A stretch of DNA of 63,362 bases from an uncultured Verrucomicrobia subdivision 3 bacterium. GTDB lineage: Bacteria > Verrucomicrobiota > Verrucomicrobiia > Limisphaerales > UBA11358. Location of the stretch: assembly GCA_903842235.1 (NCBI GenBank), contig CAIMLG010000278.1, forward strand, positions 1-63,362, written 5' to 3'. The notes under the pieces are model-generated. The model was given only the letters and a program-made list of their open reading frames with translations, was not told the DNA's origin and made no database searches. A program made the position numbers and the translations under genes. Of the stretch, positions 28,152 through 39,500 are shown in pieces; within the stretch, counting starts at the first letter, position 1, and every line of letters begins with the position of its first letter.

Positions 28152-28206
28152 GCGGTGGCCGCATTTCCCGGCTTGCGGTTTGGCGGCGATTTGCTTTCAT
28201 CGCTCC

Positions 28207-28968
28207 ATGCCGAAAGTCACCCTTGCCCAGCTGGTCCAACATTGCGATCAGCTGCTGCGCACGCCGGAAATCGGCGACTATGACGGCGCGGTGAACGGAT
28301 TGCAGGTGGAAAATTCCGGCGCCGTCACGCGCCTCGCCGCCGCCGTGGACGCCAGCCTCGCCACCGTCAATCTGGCCATTGCGGCAAAGGCGGATTTGTT
28401 GATCGTCCACCACGGCTTGTTCTGGTCGCCCCTTCAGCCGTGGACCGGCAAAAACCATGAATTGCTCCGGCGGTTGCTCGAAAACAATCTGGCCGTTTAC
28501 AGTTCGCACCTGCCGCTGGATTTGCATCCCCGGCTGGGCAATAACGCGCGGTTAGGCGCCGCGCTGGGCCTGAAAAAATTGCAGCCCTTCTTCACCAGCC
28601 ATGGCCAGCCGATCGGATTTAAAGCCCGGCAGCGCCTTACCCGGGCGCAGTTGGCCGAGCGGCTGGCGCGCGCGACGGGCACCCCCCCGAAACTCCTTCC
28701 CGGCGGCAACGAAATCTGTGAATGCATCGGCGTGGTGACCGGTGGCGCCGGCGGCGAGCTGAAACTCGCCGCGGCCGGGGGCGTGGACACCTTTATCACC
28801 GGCGAAGGCCCGCACTGGACCTACGCGCTGGCAGAGGAGCTGGGCCTGAATGTGTTTTACGGCGGCCATTACGCGACCGAAACCTTCGGCGTCAAGGCCC
28901 TGGCGGCGGAATTGTCGAAAAAATTCCGGCTGCCGTGGCAGTTTTTAGATTATCCCACGGGATTGTGA
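28207..28968 (+). CDS. Nif3/YbgI-like dinuclear metal-centre protein
   Basis: NGLQVE, VHHGLFW, HLPLD.HP..GNN, TGE, GHYATETFGV. Confidence 0.94.
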   Translation: MPKVTLAQLVQHCDQLLRTPEIGDYDGAVNGLQVENSGAVTRLAAAVDASLATVNLAIAAKADLLIVHHGLFWSPLQPWTGKNHELLRRLLENNLAVYSSHLPLDLHPRLGNNARLGAALGLKKLQPFFTSHGQPIGFKARQRLTRAQLAERLARATGTPPKLLPGGNEICECIGVVTGGAGGELKLAAAGGVDTFITGEGPHWTYALAEELGLNVFYGGHYATETFGVKALAAELSKKFRLPWQFLDYPTGL

Positions 28969-29068
28969 TGGGTAGAACCGGCTGGAATTGGCGGGGTCCG
29001 GCGGTTTTCCATTTCGCTGCGGGCGGCTTCCTGTTAAAACTTTTTCAGTGGAGCCACCCAGACCTATC

Positions 29069-32000
29069 ATGATTCCGGCCACCGGCGAGCGCCTGGTGCA
29101 TTTCGTCGGTGATAAAATCCTTTTTACGCTGCAGGACGAGCGGCAGATCGCCGGCGTCGGGTGGTCCGCCCGGTTGCGCACGAATCTGGGGCGCGCCGCT
29201 GTCCGGCGGCAGGAAATCATTGCCGCCCATGCCGGGGGTGCACTGTCGGCCGGCGCCTCGTGGCGCGATCTGCCGATGCAGAAAACCGCCGCCGGCTGGC
29301 AAGTGGAACTGCCGCTGGCCGAGGTGGGTTATTTCAAGGCCAAAGCCTATTTTCTCGACGATAAAAACTGGCAGCACTGGCCGGAAGGTGCGGACGTGGG
29401 CATCTCGGTGCATCCGGATTTCGCCCGCACCGCCAATACCATTTACTGCGCTTTCACCCGGCTTTTTGGCGCGACCAAAACCCTGGCCGCCGCCGCCGAT
29501 GCCAAACTGGAGGCCCAGCTCATGCATCTGGAGCAGCAAGGCTACGCCACCTTGCCGCCCTCGGGGAAATTCCGCGATCTCACCAAGCAGTTGCCGTTCA
29601 TCGTCAATCAACTTGGCTGTCGCATTCTGCATCTCCTGCCGGTGCATCCCACGCCGACGACCTATGCCCGCTTTGGACGATTTGGCAGCCCCTACGCCGC
29701 GCTGGATTTGACGGCGGTGGATCCCGCCCTTGTCGAATTTGACCAGCGCACCACGGGCATTGACCAGTTTTGCGAGCTGACCTACGCCGCCCATTCGCTG
29801 GGGGCCCGCGTCTTTATTGACATTGTCATCAACCACACCGGCTGGGGTTCGACGCTGCAGGAAAATCACCCGGAATTTTTCCTGAAAAACCCGGATGGCA
29901 GCTTCGCCAGCCCCGGCGCGTGGGGCACGGTTTGGGAAGACTTGGTGGAACTCGAACAGCACGACGTCAAACTCTGGGATCTCATCGCCGATTCGCTGCT
30001 GACCTGGTGTCGGCGCGGGGTGGATGGTTTTCGCTGCGATGCCGGCTACAAAGTGCCCGTGCCGGCCTGGCAATACATTGTGGCCCGCGTGCAGGAGGAA
30101 TTTCCGGAAACCATCTTTCTGCTCGAAGGCCTCGGCGGCTCGTGGGCCGCCACGGAAAGCCTGCTCACCGAAGGCGGCATGCAATGGGCGTATTCCGAGC
30201 TGTTCCAGAATTATTCCGGCCCGGAGATCGCGGGGTATCTCGCCTACGTCCACCGCCAGAACATACGCGTGGGCAGCTACGTCCATTACAGCGAAACCCA
30301 CGACAACGACCGCCTCGCCAAAAAAGGTCGCGCGTGGTCGCGGCTGCGCAATCGGCTGTGTGCGCTCACCTGCCCGAGCGGCGGCTTCGGCTTCACCTGC
30401 GGCGTGGAATGGCTGGCGGCGGAGAAAATCCGCGTCCATGGCAACACCGGCTTGAACTGGGATAGCGCCGACAACATCGTTCCCGAACTGGCGCAGCTCA
30501 ACGAACTGATTTCCTATCATCCGTGCTTCTTTGATGGTGCCAAACTCACCCGCCTAAGCGCGCCGGACGCGCCAGTGTATGCCCTGCTCCGCGAATCGGC
30601 CGAGGGTCAGGACGCCGTGCTGGTGCTGGTCAACCCAGACGTGGAGAAAAGCCAGCCGCTGGGGTTGACCGAAAATTTCAAATTTCAAATTTCAAATTTC
30701 AAATTCGACCTGCTGGGCCAGGCGCTGCCGGCCATTGCCACAGCCAGGGACCAAGCCGCCGTTACGCTCCCGCCCGGCGCGGTGTTTTGTCTGGCGCCCA
30801 CGGAGCGCCCCGCGGGCTGGAGCGGCGAAGCGTATCGCCGCGCGCGGGCGCAGGCCGCCTTTGCGTTTCAGGCGCTAAACAAAATTATTTCCATTGAAAC
30901 CGTGGATGGCCTCGACTGGCGCTGGCTGGCCGGGCAAGTGGAGCGTTCGCCCCGGCAATTTCTGGCCGCCGCGAGCGAATTTGCCGCGCAGCGGCTCCTG
31001 GGGCCGCCCCAGGTCGGCGAACTAAAGCCGCTCGCCGCATTTCTATCCCGCCGGGAACCGCAAAAATTTTTTCCGCGGGTCATCACTTGGACATTGCTGG
31101 ATACGCGGCGCATTACGCTGGTTCCGCCTGGCCACTGGCTGCTGATCGAGGACTCCGCGCCGTTCCGCGCCACGCTGGAAAACGAGCAGCCCGCCTCCCC
31201 CCTTCAGAATCCCGCCGTGCATGTTCAGTCCCTCGCCGTTGGCAACTGCCATGTCGCCAGCTTCGCCCCGCGCGCCACGGCCGCGGAGGCCAGGTTGACT
31301 TTGGAGCGCTTTGCCGCCGCTTCGCAAACGCTCAGCGCCCCCATCCGTTTCCTCGCGCCGGCGCCGCTTTCCTCCGCCGGCAATTCAGTCCTGCCGCCCG
31401 CTGATGCGCTGGTTTTGTTGACCAACGGGCGCGGCGGCATGGCCCGGCTCGGCGTGGATCTGGGCCGGGTGCAGTCCAAATACGACTGCGCGCTGGGCGC
31501 GAATCTCCATCCCACCGTGCCGGTGGACCGGCACGTTTTTGTGAAACGCCTGCGCGTCTGGGTGAATGCCGACGGTTTTCTTTCGCCGCTGGATTACAAA
31601 AATCTGGCGGCGTTTCACGCCGGCCCGCCGGCGGTCTGGAAATTTGTCGCCCCTGGCGGTGACGGCCGCACGGTGGAGGTGGAGCTGCGCGCGGAAATGG
31701 TCGCCGAGCAGAACACCACCCGCTTTCGTTTCAGCCGGCCCACGGAAAAACAGGCGCAGGGCAAACAGTTGCCCGCCGGGGCCGACGTGCGGCTGACCGT
31801 GCGGGCGGATCTTGAGGACCGGAATTTTCACGGCGAAACCCAGCGCAATGGTGGGGCGGATTTTCATTTTTCAAACCACACGCACGCCTTGGCGCAGCCG
31901 GCCGGGTTTGCCTTCACGCCCGCCGGGGACCGCCAGTTGCGCGTTTTTTCCGATCGCGGGGCGTTCCATCCGCAGCCGGAATGGTGCGAGCACATTCCGC

Positions 32001-33421
32001 ATCCGGTGGAGCAGACGCGCGGTCAGACCGGCAGCGGCGATGCCTATAGCCCGGGCTGGTTTGAGCTGCCGCTGGCGAAAGGGGCGAGCGTGACCCTGAC
32101 GCTGACGGCGGAAACGGATGCGGCATCGGTTGGCGTCCAAGCTTCAGCTTGTTCCAGCGGCCCGCTGAAGCATGATCTCCAGCCCGACCGGTCAAAGGCG
32201 GGCGTTTCGTTCGCCGCCCAGCTAAAACGCGCCGCCCAACAATTCGTCGTGCGCCGGGACGAGGGCAAAACGGTCATCGCCGGTTACCCGTGGTTTCTGG
32301 ACTGGGGGCGCGATTCGCTGATTTGCGCCCGTGGGCTCCTGGCCGCCGGCCTGGTCGCCGAGGTGAAGCAGCTTTTGCTGACGTTTGCCAAGTTTGAGGA
32401 AAGCGGCACGCTGCCCAATACGATTCACGGCAACGATGTTTCCAATCGTGACACGTCGGACGCGCCATTGTGGTTTGCCGTGGTGTGCGAAGAGCTGGCC
32501 GACCAAAAATTTTATCAGGCCGTGGTGGATGAAAAGGGCCGGACGATTCGTGCGGTGCTGACCAGCATTGCAACCAACTACCGCCACGGCACGCCCAACG
32601 GCATTCGCATGGATCCGGACTCGGCGCTGATCTGGAGCCCCAGCCACTTCACCTGGATGGACACCAATTATCCCGCCGGCACGCCGCGCGAAGGCTACCC
32701 AGTCGAGATTCAGGCGCTGTGGATCCGGCTGCTGCGGCAGCTTGAAAAGCTGTCCGCGCCGACCGAATCTAAGCCGTGGCGCGACCTCGCGGATCAGGCT
32801 ACCGCCTCGTTTGCGGAGCTTTTCTGGCTGGAAGACCAAGGCTGGTTCGCGGATGTGTTGCTCGCCCAACCGCACGTTTCCGCCCGCCACGCCACGCCGG
32901 ACGACGCCCTGCGGAGTAATTGCCTGTTTGCCGTCAGCCTCGGCTTGGTGGCCGGGGAGCGGGCGAAACGCTGCGTGGCTGCCGCGCAGAAATATCTCGT
33001 GGTGCCAGGCGCGCTGCGCTCGCTCGCGCCGCTGCCGGTGGCCGTGCCCTTGGCGATTCAGCGCGACGGCCAGCCGCTGAATAACCCGGTCGAGCCGTAT
33101 TGTCCCCGCTATGAAGGCGACGAGGACACGCGCCGCAAGCCCGCCTACCACAACGGCACGGCGTGGACGTGGACCTTTCCCACCTTTTGCGAAGCGTTGG
33201 CCCGGGCTTGGGACTATTCCCCGGCCGCCGTGGCGGCGGCGAAAAGCTATCTTGGCAGCACGGAAAAACTGTTGAACGAAGGCTGCCTCGGCCAGCTTCC
33301 GGAAATTCTCGACGGCGACGCTCCGCATGCGCCGCGCGGCTGTGACGCGCAGGCATGGGGGGCCACCGAAGCGCTGCGGGTGTGGAAAGGGTTGAATTCG
33401 CTGGCCGCCCAGGCAAAATGA
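29069..33421 (+). CDS. Glycogen debranching enzyme: GH13 domain fused to amylo-alpha-1,6-glucosidase
   Basis: DIVINHT, GFRCDAG, LLEG, THDN; then LTNGRGG, AGYPWFLDWGRD, TWMD, YHNGTAW, GCDAQAW. Confidence 0.9.
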   Translation: MIPATGERLVHFVGDKILFTLQDERQIAGVGWSARLRTNLGRAAVRRQEIIAAHAGGALSAGASWRDLPMQKTAAGWQVELPLAEVGYFKAKAYFLDDKNWQHWPEGADVGISVHPDFARTANTIYCAFTRLFGATKTLAAAADAKLEAQLMHLEQQGYATLPPSGKFRDLTKQLPFIVNQLGCRILHLLPVHPTPTTYARFGRFGSPYAALDLTAVDPALVEFDQRTTGIDQFCELTYAAHSLGARVFIDIVINHTGWGSTLQENHPEFFLKNPDGSFASPGAWGTVWEDLVELEQHDVKLWDLIADSLLTWCRRGVDGFRCDAGYKVPVPAWQYIVARVQEEFPETIFLLEGLGGSWAATESLLTEGGMQWAYSELFQNYSGPEIAGYLAYVHRQNIRVGSYVHYSETHDNDRLAKKGRAWSRLRNRLCALTCPSGGFGFTCGVEWLAAEKIRVHGNTGLNWDSADNIVPELAQLNELISYHPCFFDGAKLTRLSAPDAPVYALLRESAEGQDAVLVLVNPDVEKSQPLGLTENFKFQISNFKFDLLGQALPAIATARDQAAVTLPPGAVFCLAPTERPAGWSGEAYRRARAQAAFAFQALNKIISIETVDGLDWRWLAGQVERSPRQFLAAASEFAAQRLLGPPQVGELKPLAAFLSRREPQKFFPRVITWTLLDTRRITLVPPGHWLLIEDSAPFRATLENEQPASPLQNPAVHVQSLAVGNCHVASFAPRATAAEARLTLERFAAASQTLSAPIRFLAPAPLSSAGNSVLPPADALVLLTNGRGGMARLGVDLGRVQSKYDCALGANLHPTVPVDRHVFVKRLRVWVNADGFLSPLDYKNLAAFHAGPPAVWKFVAPGGDGRTVEVELRAEMVAEQNTTRFRFSRPTEKQAQGKQLPAGADVRLTVRADLEDRNFHGETQRNGGADFHFSNHTHALAQPAGFAFTPAGDRQLRVFSDRGAFHPQPEWCEHIPHPVEQTRGQTGSGDAYSPGWFELPLAKGASVTLTLTAETDAASVGVQASACSSGPLKHDLQPDRSKAGVSFAAQLKRAAQQFVVRRDEGKTVIAGYPWFLDWGRDSLICARGLLAAGLVAEVKQLLLTFAKFEESGTLPNTIHGNDVSNRDTSDAPLWFAVVCEELADQKFYQAVVDEKGRTIRAVLTSIATNYRHGTPNGIRMDPDSALIWSPSHFTWMDTNYPAGTPREGYPVEIQALWIRLLRQLEKLSAPTESKPWRDLADQATASFAELFWLEDQGWFADVLLAQPHVSARHATPDDALRSNCLFAVSLGLVAGERAKRCVAAAQKYLVVPGALRSLAPLPVAVPLAIQRDGQPLNNPVEPYCPRYEGDEDTRRKPAYHNGTAWTWTFPTFCEALARAWDYSPAAVAAAKSYLGSTEKLLNEGCLGQLPEILDGDAPHAPRGCDAQAWGATEALRVWKGLNSLAAQAK
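30673..30706. repeat. Heptamer tandem repeat (AAATTTC)x4+ inside the debranching enzyme gene
   Basis: Read directly; peptide NFKFQISNFKF. Confidence 0.9.
32129..32183. repeat. Decayed palindromic element in frame within the debranching enzyme gene
   Basis: GCTTCAGC/GCTGAAGC core, GTTGG/CCAGC ends; peptide VGVQASACSSGPLKHDLQ in an interdomain linker. Confidence 0.6.
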
Positions 33422-33425
33422 GCCC

Positions 33426-33911
33426 GTGAATTTCCGCGACAAAATCATTGCCTGGGACAATTTGCCCGCGTGGCGAAATAAACTCCGCGCCGCCGGCAAA
33501 ACCCTGGTCGTCACCAACGGCTGCTTCGACCTCCTGCATCTCGGCCATGTGACATATCTGGAAAACGCGCGCAATTTCGGCGACGCGCTGCTCATCGGGG
33601 TGAACCGCGATGCGGCCGTGCGCGGCTTGAAAGGCGCCGGCCGCCCGGTAAATTCTGAAACGGATCGCGCCGCTGTGCTCGCCGCGCTGCAAAGCGTGGA
33701 CGGCGTCTGCCTGTTCACCGACCCGGCGGCCACGCAATTTCTCGCCGCCGCCCAGCCGGACCTCTATGTGAAGGGCGGCGATTACACGCTGGAAACCTTG
33801 AACCAGGATGAACGTCGCGCGGTCGAATCCGCGGGCGGAAAGATAATTCTGGTTCCCTTCGTTCCCGGTAAATCCACGACCGGCTTGCTGGAAAGAATCT
33901 TGCGGCTGTGA
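33426..33911 (+). CDS. rfaE2: ADP-heptose synthase adenylyltransferase (HldE domain II)
   Basis: TNGCFDLLHLGH, LKGAGRP, VKGGDY, GKSTT. Confidence 0.93.
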   Translation: MNFRDKIIAWDNLPAWRNKLRAAGKTLVVTNGCFDLLHLGHVTYLENARNFGDALLIGVNRDAAVRGLKGAGRPVNSETDRAAVLAALQSVDGVCLFTDPAATQFLAAAQPDLYVKGGDYTLETLNQDERRAVESAGGKIILVPFVPGKSTTGLLERILRL

Positions 33912-34972
33912 AAATCTTAATTATTTCCTTGGCTGGCATTGGCGATACGCTGATCGCCACGCCATTGCTGCATGAGTTGCGGAACAATTTTCCGACGGCG
34001 ACGATCGACGTATTGACCATGTGGGCCGGGGCCAAGGATTTGTTGGAGCACAATCCGCACGTCAATCGGGTCTTCCAGAAAAACCTGATGAAATGCGGCA
34101 AGCTGGCGGCGCTGCGTTTTCTCTGGCAGCTGCGGCGCGAGGGCTATCAGCTATCCATTAACACGCATCCGCAAAGCCGGATTCATTATCGTCTTGCAGC
34201 CTGGCTGGTGGGGGCAAAACAGCGTATCAGCCATGAATATGAATGTTTTACCTGGTTGGACCGGCGGTTGGTGACGCAGGCGTTGCCGCAAGACTACACG
34301 CGGCATTCCATAGAAAATAATTTCGACGTGCTCCCCCTGGTTGGCGCCAGAAAACATTTGTGCCAGCACGAAATGGAATTTTTCCTAACTCCGGCCGAGA
34401 CGCAATTTGCAGATCAATTTCTGCAGGAACATAATTTGTTGGGGCAAAAAATTCTTGGCATCCACGTTGGTTCGGGTGGAACCAAGAATTTGCCTTTAAA
34501 GCGCTGGCCGTTAAAACACTACACGGAGTTGGTGGAAAAATTGAATCAGGAGCGTCCGGACCTTCGGGTGCTGTTGTTTGGCGGGCCGGAGGAAACCAAG
34601 GATCATCAAGCAATCCTCGCTCAAGCCAACTGCCAATTGTCTCAGGAAGCCAAAACCCGGAATTTGCGGGAAACGGCCGCTTTGATGCAGCGCTGCAGCG
34701 CCTTTCTCAGTGTGGATACGGCGTTGATGCATGTGGCAGCGGCGTTGCAGGTGCCCAACCAGATGGTCATCGAGGCGCCCACTTTGAGTGTCACCAACTG
34801 GCCTTACGGGAATGCATTTACTTTGATAAAGAATCCGGTGGTCAACGGTCGGGGGTTGGATTTTTATCGCTACGATGGCGGGGATATCAAGGGCACCCGG
34901 AAGGAACTCATCGCCACCATGGAATCGGTCAAGGTTGCCGACGTTTTTGCCGTCGTGAGCCGATTGATTTGA
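33908..34972 (+). CDS. GT9 heptosyltransferase-like protein
   Basis: KILII...IGD...ATP, KRWP, DTALMHVAAAL. Confidence 0.9.
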   Translation: MKILIISLAGIGDTLIATPLLHELRNNFPTATIDVLTMWAGAKDLLEHNPHVNRVFQKNLMKCGKLAALRFLWQLRREGYQLSINTHPQSRIHYRLAAWLVGAKQRISHEYECFTWLDRRLVTQALPQDYTRHSIENNFDVLPLVGARKHLCQHEMEFFLTPAETQFADQFLQEHNLLGQKILGIHVGSGGTKNLPLKRWPLKHYTELVEKLNQERPDLRVLLFGGPEETKDHQAILAQANCQLSQEAKTRNLRETAALMQRCSAFLSVDTALMHVAAALQVPNQMVIEAPTLSVTNWPYGNAFTLIKNPVVNGRGLDFYRYDGGDIKGTRKELIATMESVKVADVFAVVSRLI

Positions 34973-35094
34973 AGGTCATGGCCGTCAGGATTTTGCCGCA
35001 AAGCGGTTTGCAAAAGATAAAAACCACCCTAACATCCGCCGCGTCATCTCAAGCTTTAGCTGGATGACCGGAAAATTTATTTTCAAATCGCCTT

Positions 35095-36381
35095 ATGAGC
35101 CGACCAGCATCAGTTGAAGCCCAAGCCGCCGCCTCGCGGCTTGGGCGGCTGTGGCAAAGCGGAATCATCTTTTCCGCCGCCAGCTTTTTGACCGGCATTG
35201 GCAATTTGGCGTTTCAGGCCATCATCGGCCGTCAGTTGGAGAAAAGTGGTGAATACGGTCTGGTCAATACCACCCTCGGATATGTTGGGCTGCTTGGCTT
35301 GCCGCTGCTCATCGCCACGACCGCCATTGCCCATTACATTGCCCGTTATGATTTTCATGGGGATCATGCGCGGCTGCAGGGGCTGATCGCCGGTTGCCGG
35401 AGATTTCTTTTCCGGCTCACGCTGGTCGGCTCGCTGGCGGCCATTTTTTTGGCCAAACCGTTGAGCGATTTTTTGCATTTCCGGGCTGCGATCACGGTGG
35501 CGGCGTTGATCTGCGTGCTGGCCGGGCTGTGGGGCAGTTTGGTCGCGGCGCTCTGCCAGGGACTTTCCTGGTTTAAGCGCCTCGCGCTGATCGGCTTGCT
35601 GGCCATGCTCCTGCGCCTGGCTTTTGGCGGGGTCATGGCGGCTAAGTTCCCCATTGCCGAATGGGCGGTGCTCGCCACCGGCGTGGCCGCGCTGGCGAAT
35701 TTGGTTTTGCTGTATTGGAGAAAAGATTTGGCGCGGCCGGCTGAGCCCGTGTCTCCTTGGAACTGGGATCTGGTCCAGTTTCTAATCGTCTCGGCGGCGG
35801 TCGTGGGTGGCGGTTATTGTTTCACCCAAGGGGACCTGTTGGTGGCCCAGCGGAATTTCTCCCTGGCTGATCGCGATGCCTACTCGGCGGCCGAGCGGTT
35901 GGCGGTCGCCCTGCCGATGACCGTCGGACCGCTGTTGACGGTTTTGTTTACGCACCGCTCCAAGGCCCACACGGGCGCTGCGCTGCGGGAACAGTTGAAG
36001 CTGATCGGGCTTTACGCCGCCGGCTTGATTTGCGGATGGCTTGGCCTGCTCCTGCTCGGGACGTTTTGCCTCAAGCTGATCGGGCGGAATACGCCGGAAG
36101 CCGCCGCCATGATCCAGCCGCTGGCCACCACCATGGTTTCCGTTGGGCTATTGCAGGCGCTGGGCATGTGGGCGCTGGCCAGCCGGTGGGTTAAAATTGC
36201 CCTGCTGTTTGGCGGATTGGGGCTGGCGTATTGGATCACGCTGCTGTGCTGGGGCCGGTCACCGGCCGATTTGTTGCGGATCATGCCCATCGCGGCCGGA
36301 ATTTCGTTTGTGGCCTTGTTTGGCTTCTGGCTGATCGCCATGCGCGGAAACCAACCTCCGACGCCTCCAGAAATGACGTAA
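35095..36381 (+). CDS. Wzx-like polysaccharide flippase
   Basis: About 12 TM helices, R.L...EYG motif, polysaccharide context. Confidence 0.7.
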   Translation: MSRPASVEAQAAASRLGRLWQSGIIFSAASFLTGIGNLAFQAIIGRQLEKSGEYGLVNTTLGYVGLLGLPLLIATTAIAHYIARYDFHGDHARLQGLIAGCRRFLFRLTLVGSLAAIFLAKPLSDFLHFRAAITVAALICVLAGLWGSLVAALCQGLSWFKRLALIGLLAMLLRLAFGGVMAAKFPIAEWAVLATGVAALANLVLLYWRKDLARPAEPVSPWNWDLVQFLIVSAAVVGGGYCFTQGDLLVAQRNFSLADRDAYSAAERLAVALPMTVGPLLTVLFTHRSKAHTGAALREQLKLIGLYAAGLICGWLGLLLLGTFCLKLIGRNTPEAAAMIQPLATTMVSVGLLQALGMWALASRWVKIALLFGGLGLAYWITLLCWGRSPADLLRIMPIAAGISFVALFGFWLIAMRGNQPPTPPEMT

Positions 36382-36510
36382 GCCATTACTTTTGTTTGTA
36401 ATATTCATTAGTAATTAATGTGCATTGTTATTTAAGTTGACGCATTCTTATGCTGGATGCATAGTCGCTTTACCTCGGGAAATATAAAAAACCGGATGGG
36501 AGCTCATTTT

Positions 36511-39500
36511 ATGAAACCTCTTAGAACTCTTCTGTGCGTCGTGGGCATGTTGGCGGTGGGGTCGGCTGTCTCGGTCGGTCGGGCGGACGCGGTTGGCGTT
36601 CCCGCGCCCGCGGGCCTGGTGGCGTGGTGGCGGGGGGAGAGCAATGCGTGGGACAGCGTGGGGAGCAATCATGGCACGTTGCTCGGCAATACGGTTTTTG
36701 GGGTTGGGAAGGTGGGTCAGGGTTTTGCGTTGGATGGGGACGGCAGCTATGTTCTGGTTTCGAATTCACCCTCGCTTAATCCTGTGGGGCCATTTTCGAT
36801 TGAGAGTTGGATTTATCCGACCTTGGATGGCACTCGGCGGATTATGGCCAAATGGGGGGATCAGGGCGCCTATGGCGACAGCCGGAGCTACATGTTAACC
36901 ATGCAGCCTGGTCTGAGCCTGCAGTTTGGGATTAGCGATTGGGCCCACCAGTGGGATTATGCTTTCCAAGATTTTACGGTGACCAACGTGGTGGCATTAA
37001 ACGCCTGGAATCATGTGGCGGCCACTTACGATAGCGCGACGGGGGTTCGTTGTATCTATGTCAATGGGGTCAAGGTGGGGGGGCGCACCAATGCGCCGGT
37101 CGTCATCTATAATAGCAGCACCCCGGCGACAATCGGCAGTTGGCTGCGGGCGCCGGATTTTGCGCAGGATGTTTTCCAAGGCATGATTGACGAGGTCAGT
37201 TTCTACAACCGGGCGCTTGCCGGTAGTGAGGTAGAGGCGATTTACGGGGCGGGGAGCGCGGGGAAAATCCTTTCTTCGCAGGTTGCATCCAATTTTTGTG
37301 TTGCCTACCCGAACTTTAATTCCATCAATGGGATAAACTTGTTTGGCAGTGCGGCGACCACCAATGGCGTTCTGCGGTTAACCCCGGCGGTCGCGGGCCA
37401 AACGGGAAGCGTCTGGCTTCAGGGCAAAGTGCCCTGTTCGGGCAGTTTTGACACCCGCTTTCATTTTCAAATTACCCAGTTGGGAAACATCCTTGGCAAT
37501 GAACCGGGGGGCGACGGTTTTACGTTTTCTGTTCAAAATCTTTCGGCAACCAATGCGGCTTGGGCCATGGGGGACACCAATCATTACGTCTCGGTTTTTT
37601 TTAACACCTTCTGGAATTGGCCCGGCAGCAGCGATTTAGATCTCAGCGGTAGCTCCGTGGGGATTCTGGTTAACCAGAACTATGTTGGTCAGGCGGACCT
37701 GAGCTTGTTGGGCATAGATATGAGCGATGGCGGCGTGCATCAGGCCCGGGTTTTATTTGATGGCGCCGGGCTGGCGGTATGGGTGGATAACCTCCAAGTG
37801 CTCACAAATATATCCCTGCCGGGTTTGCAGCCTGGGGTTGACACCTCCGGGTTGGGGTGGGCCGGATTCACTGCCGGCACCGGCGCGGCCTATGAGAACC
37901 ACGATATTCTCGACTGGTCATTTTGTTCGAGCTCGCCGACAAATGGTCTCACCAATGTTCCGCCGGAGTTGCCGTTGATCACGAGCCAGCCGGCGGCGCA
38001 GAATGTGGCGGTGAGCGGAGCGACGACCTTTGCGGTGACCGCGAGCGGGACGGGGCCGTTGAGCTACCAATGGCAATTGAACCTGACGAATCTGGTTGGG
38101 GCGACGAATGCAACGTTGGCGCTGAACAATGTGCAGTTGACGAATGGGGGCTATTACTCGGTGCGGGTGAGCAGTCCGTATGGGGCCACGAACAGTCAAG
38201 CGGCGTTGTTGACGGTGGTCGTGCCGCCGAGCGTCGTGCCGCCGCCGGGTTTGGTGGCGTGGTGGCGGGGGGAGAGCAATGCGTGGGACAGCGTGGGCGG
38301 CAATCATGGCACACTATCTGGCAACACTACCTACGGTTCTGGCAAAGTGGGGCAGGAATTTGTGTTCAACGGAAACAATGGTTGCGGGGTTGCTTTGGGT
38401 AGTCCGGCCAGTTTGCAGTTGTCGAATTTAACGGTCGAATGTTGGATCAAACGCAGTAGCCCGACGGTGGCGTCCTATGGCAGCGGAGGCAATGGGACGA
38501 TTTATGGCTGTGGTTTAATTGGCTATTGTTTCTTGGTGGACTGGACGGGCCAATTGGTCTTTGGTCATTGCGTGAGCAATGTCAAAATAACTGATACAAA
38601 TTATCACCATGTGGCGCTGACGCTGACGGGTGGGATGGCCATGGTTTATCTGGATGGCGCGGCGGTTTCGACACCAGCTAATAATCGTGGTTTGACTTTT
38701 GCCGGGTTAATGGGGATCGGGTATCGGCCGGATAATCAGGACAACAGTTTTCTGGGGCGGATTGATGAAGTGGGCCTCTACAATCGGGCGCTAACGAGCA
38801 ATGAAATCGCTGGGATCTATGGGGCGGGGAGTGCGGGGAAGACCTTTATACCGGAGTTGCCGGTGCTAACGGGGCAGCCGACGAACCGGACGGTGGTGGT
38901 GGGCGATCCGGTCACCTTCAGCGTCGCGGCCAGCGGCACCCCGCCATTGAGCTACCAGTGGACCTTTAACCTGACTAACATTGTCGGGGGCACCAACAGT
39001 TCACTGACCTTGTCATCGGCGCAGTTGGCCCAGGCCGGTAACTATTCTGTGACAATAACCGGTCCCGGTGGATCCATTGCCAGTTCCAACGCCCTTCTCA
39101 CCGTGCTCGTGCCCACCTGCACGCCTGCACCCGCGGGCTTGGTGAGTTGGTGGTCGGCGGAAGGGAACGCCTTGGATCAAATCAGCGGCAACCACGGCAC
39201 CTTGGTGGGCGGCGCGAGCTATGGAGCCGGGAAAGTAGGCCAGGGATTTGTCTTTAACGGCATGAGCAGTGGCATCTTTGTGAGCAACACCCCCAGCCTC
39301 CAACTCCAAGACTTCACGATTGAAACCTGGGTCAAGCGGACCAGTGCTTCCGTGGTTTCTTATGTCGGTGCTGGGGACGGCTGCATCTTGGTATATGGCC
39401 CGGGAACCACTTCCCCGGGAGGCTTCATGTTTTTTATCAGCGCCGCTGGCAATCTAACCTTCAGCCAGTGGGGCAAATCACAGATTTTAACGGGCCCGTC

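Noticed and set aside
36437-36465. TTGACG-17-CATAGT promoter upstream of the LamG gene
   Set aside because: Plausible, but the -10 is weak and the region is AT-rich; not enough support to call
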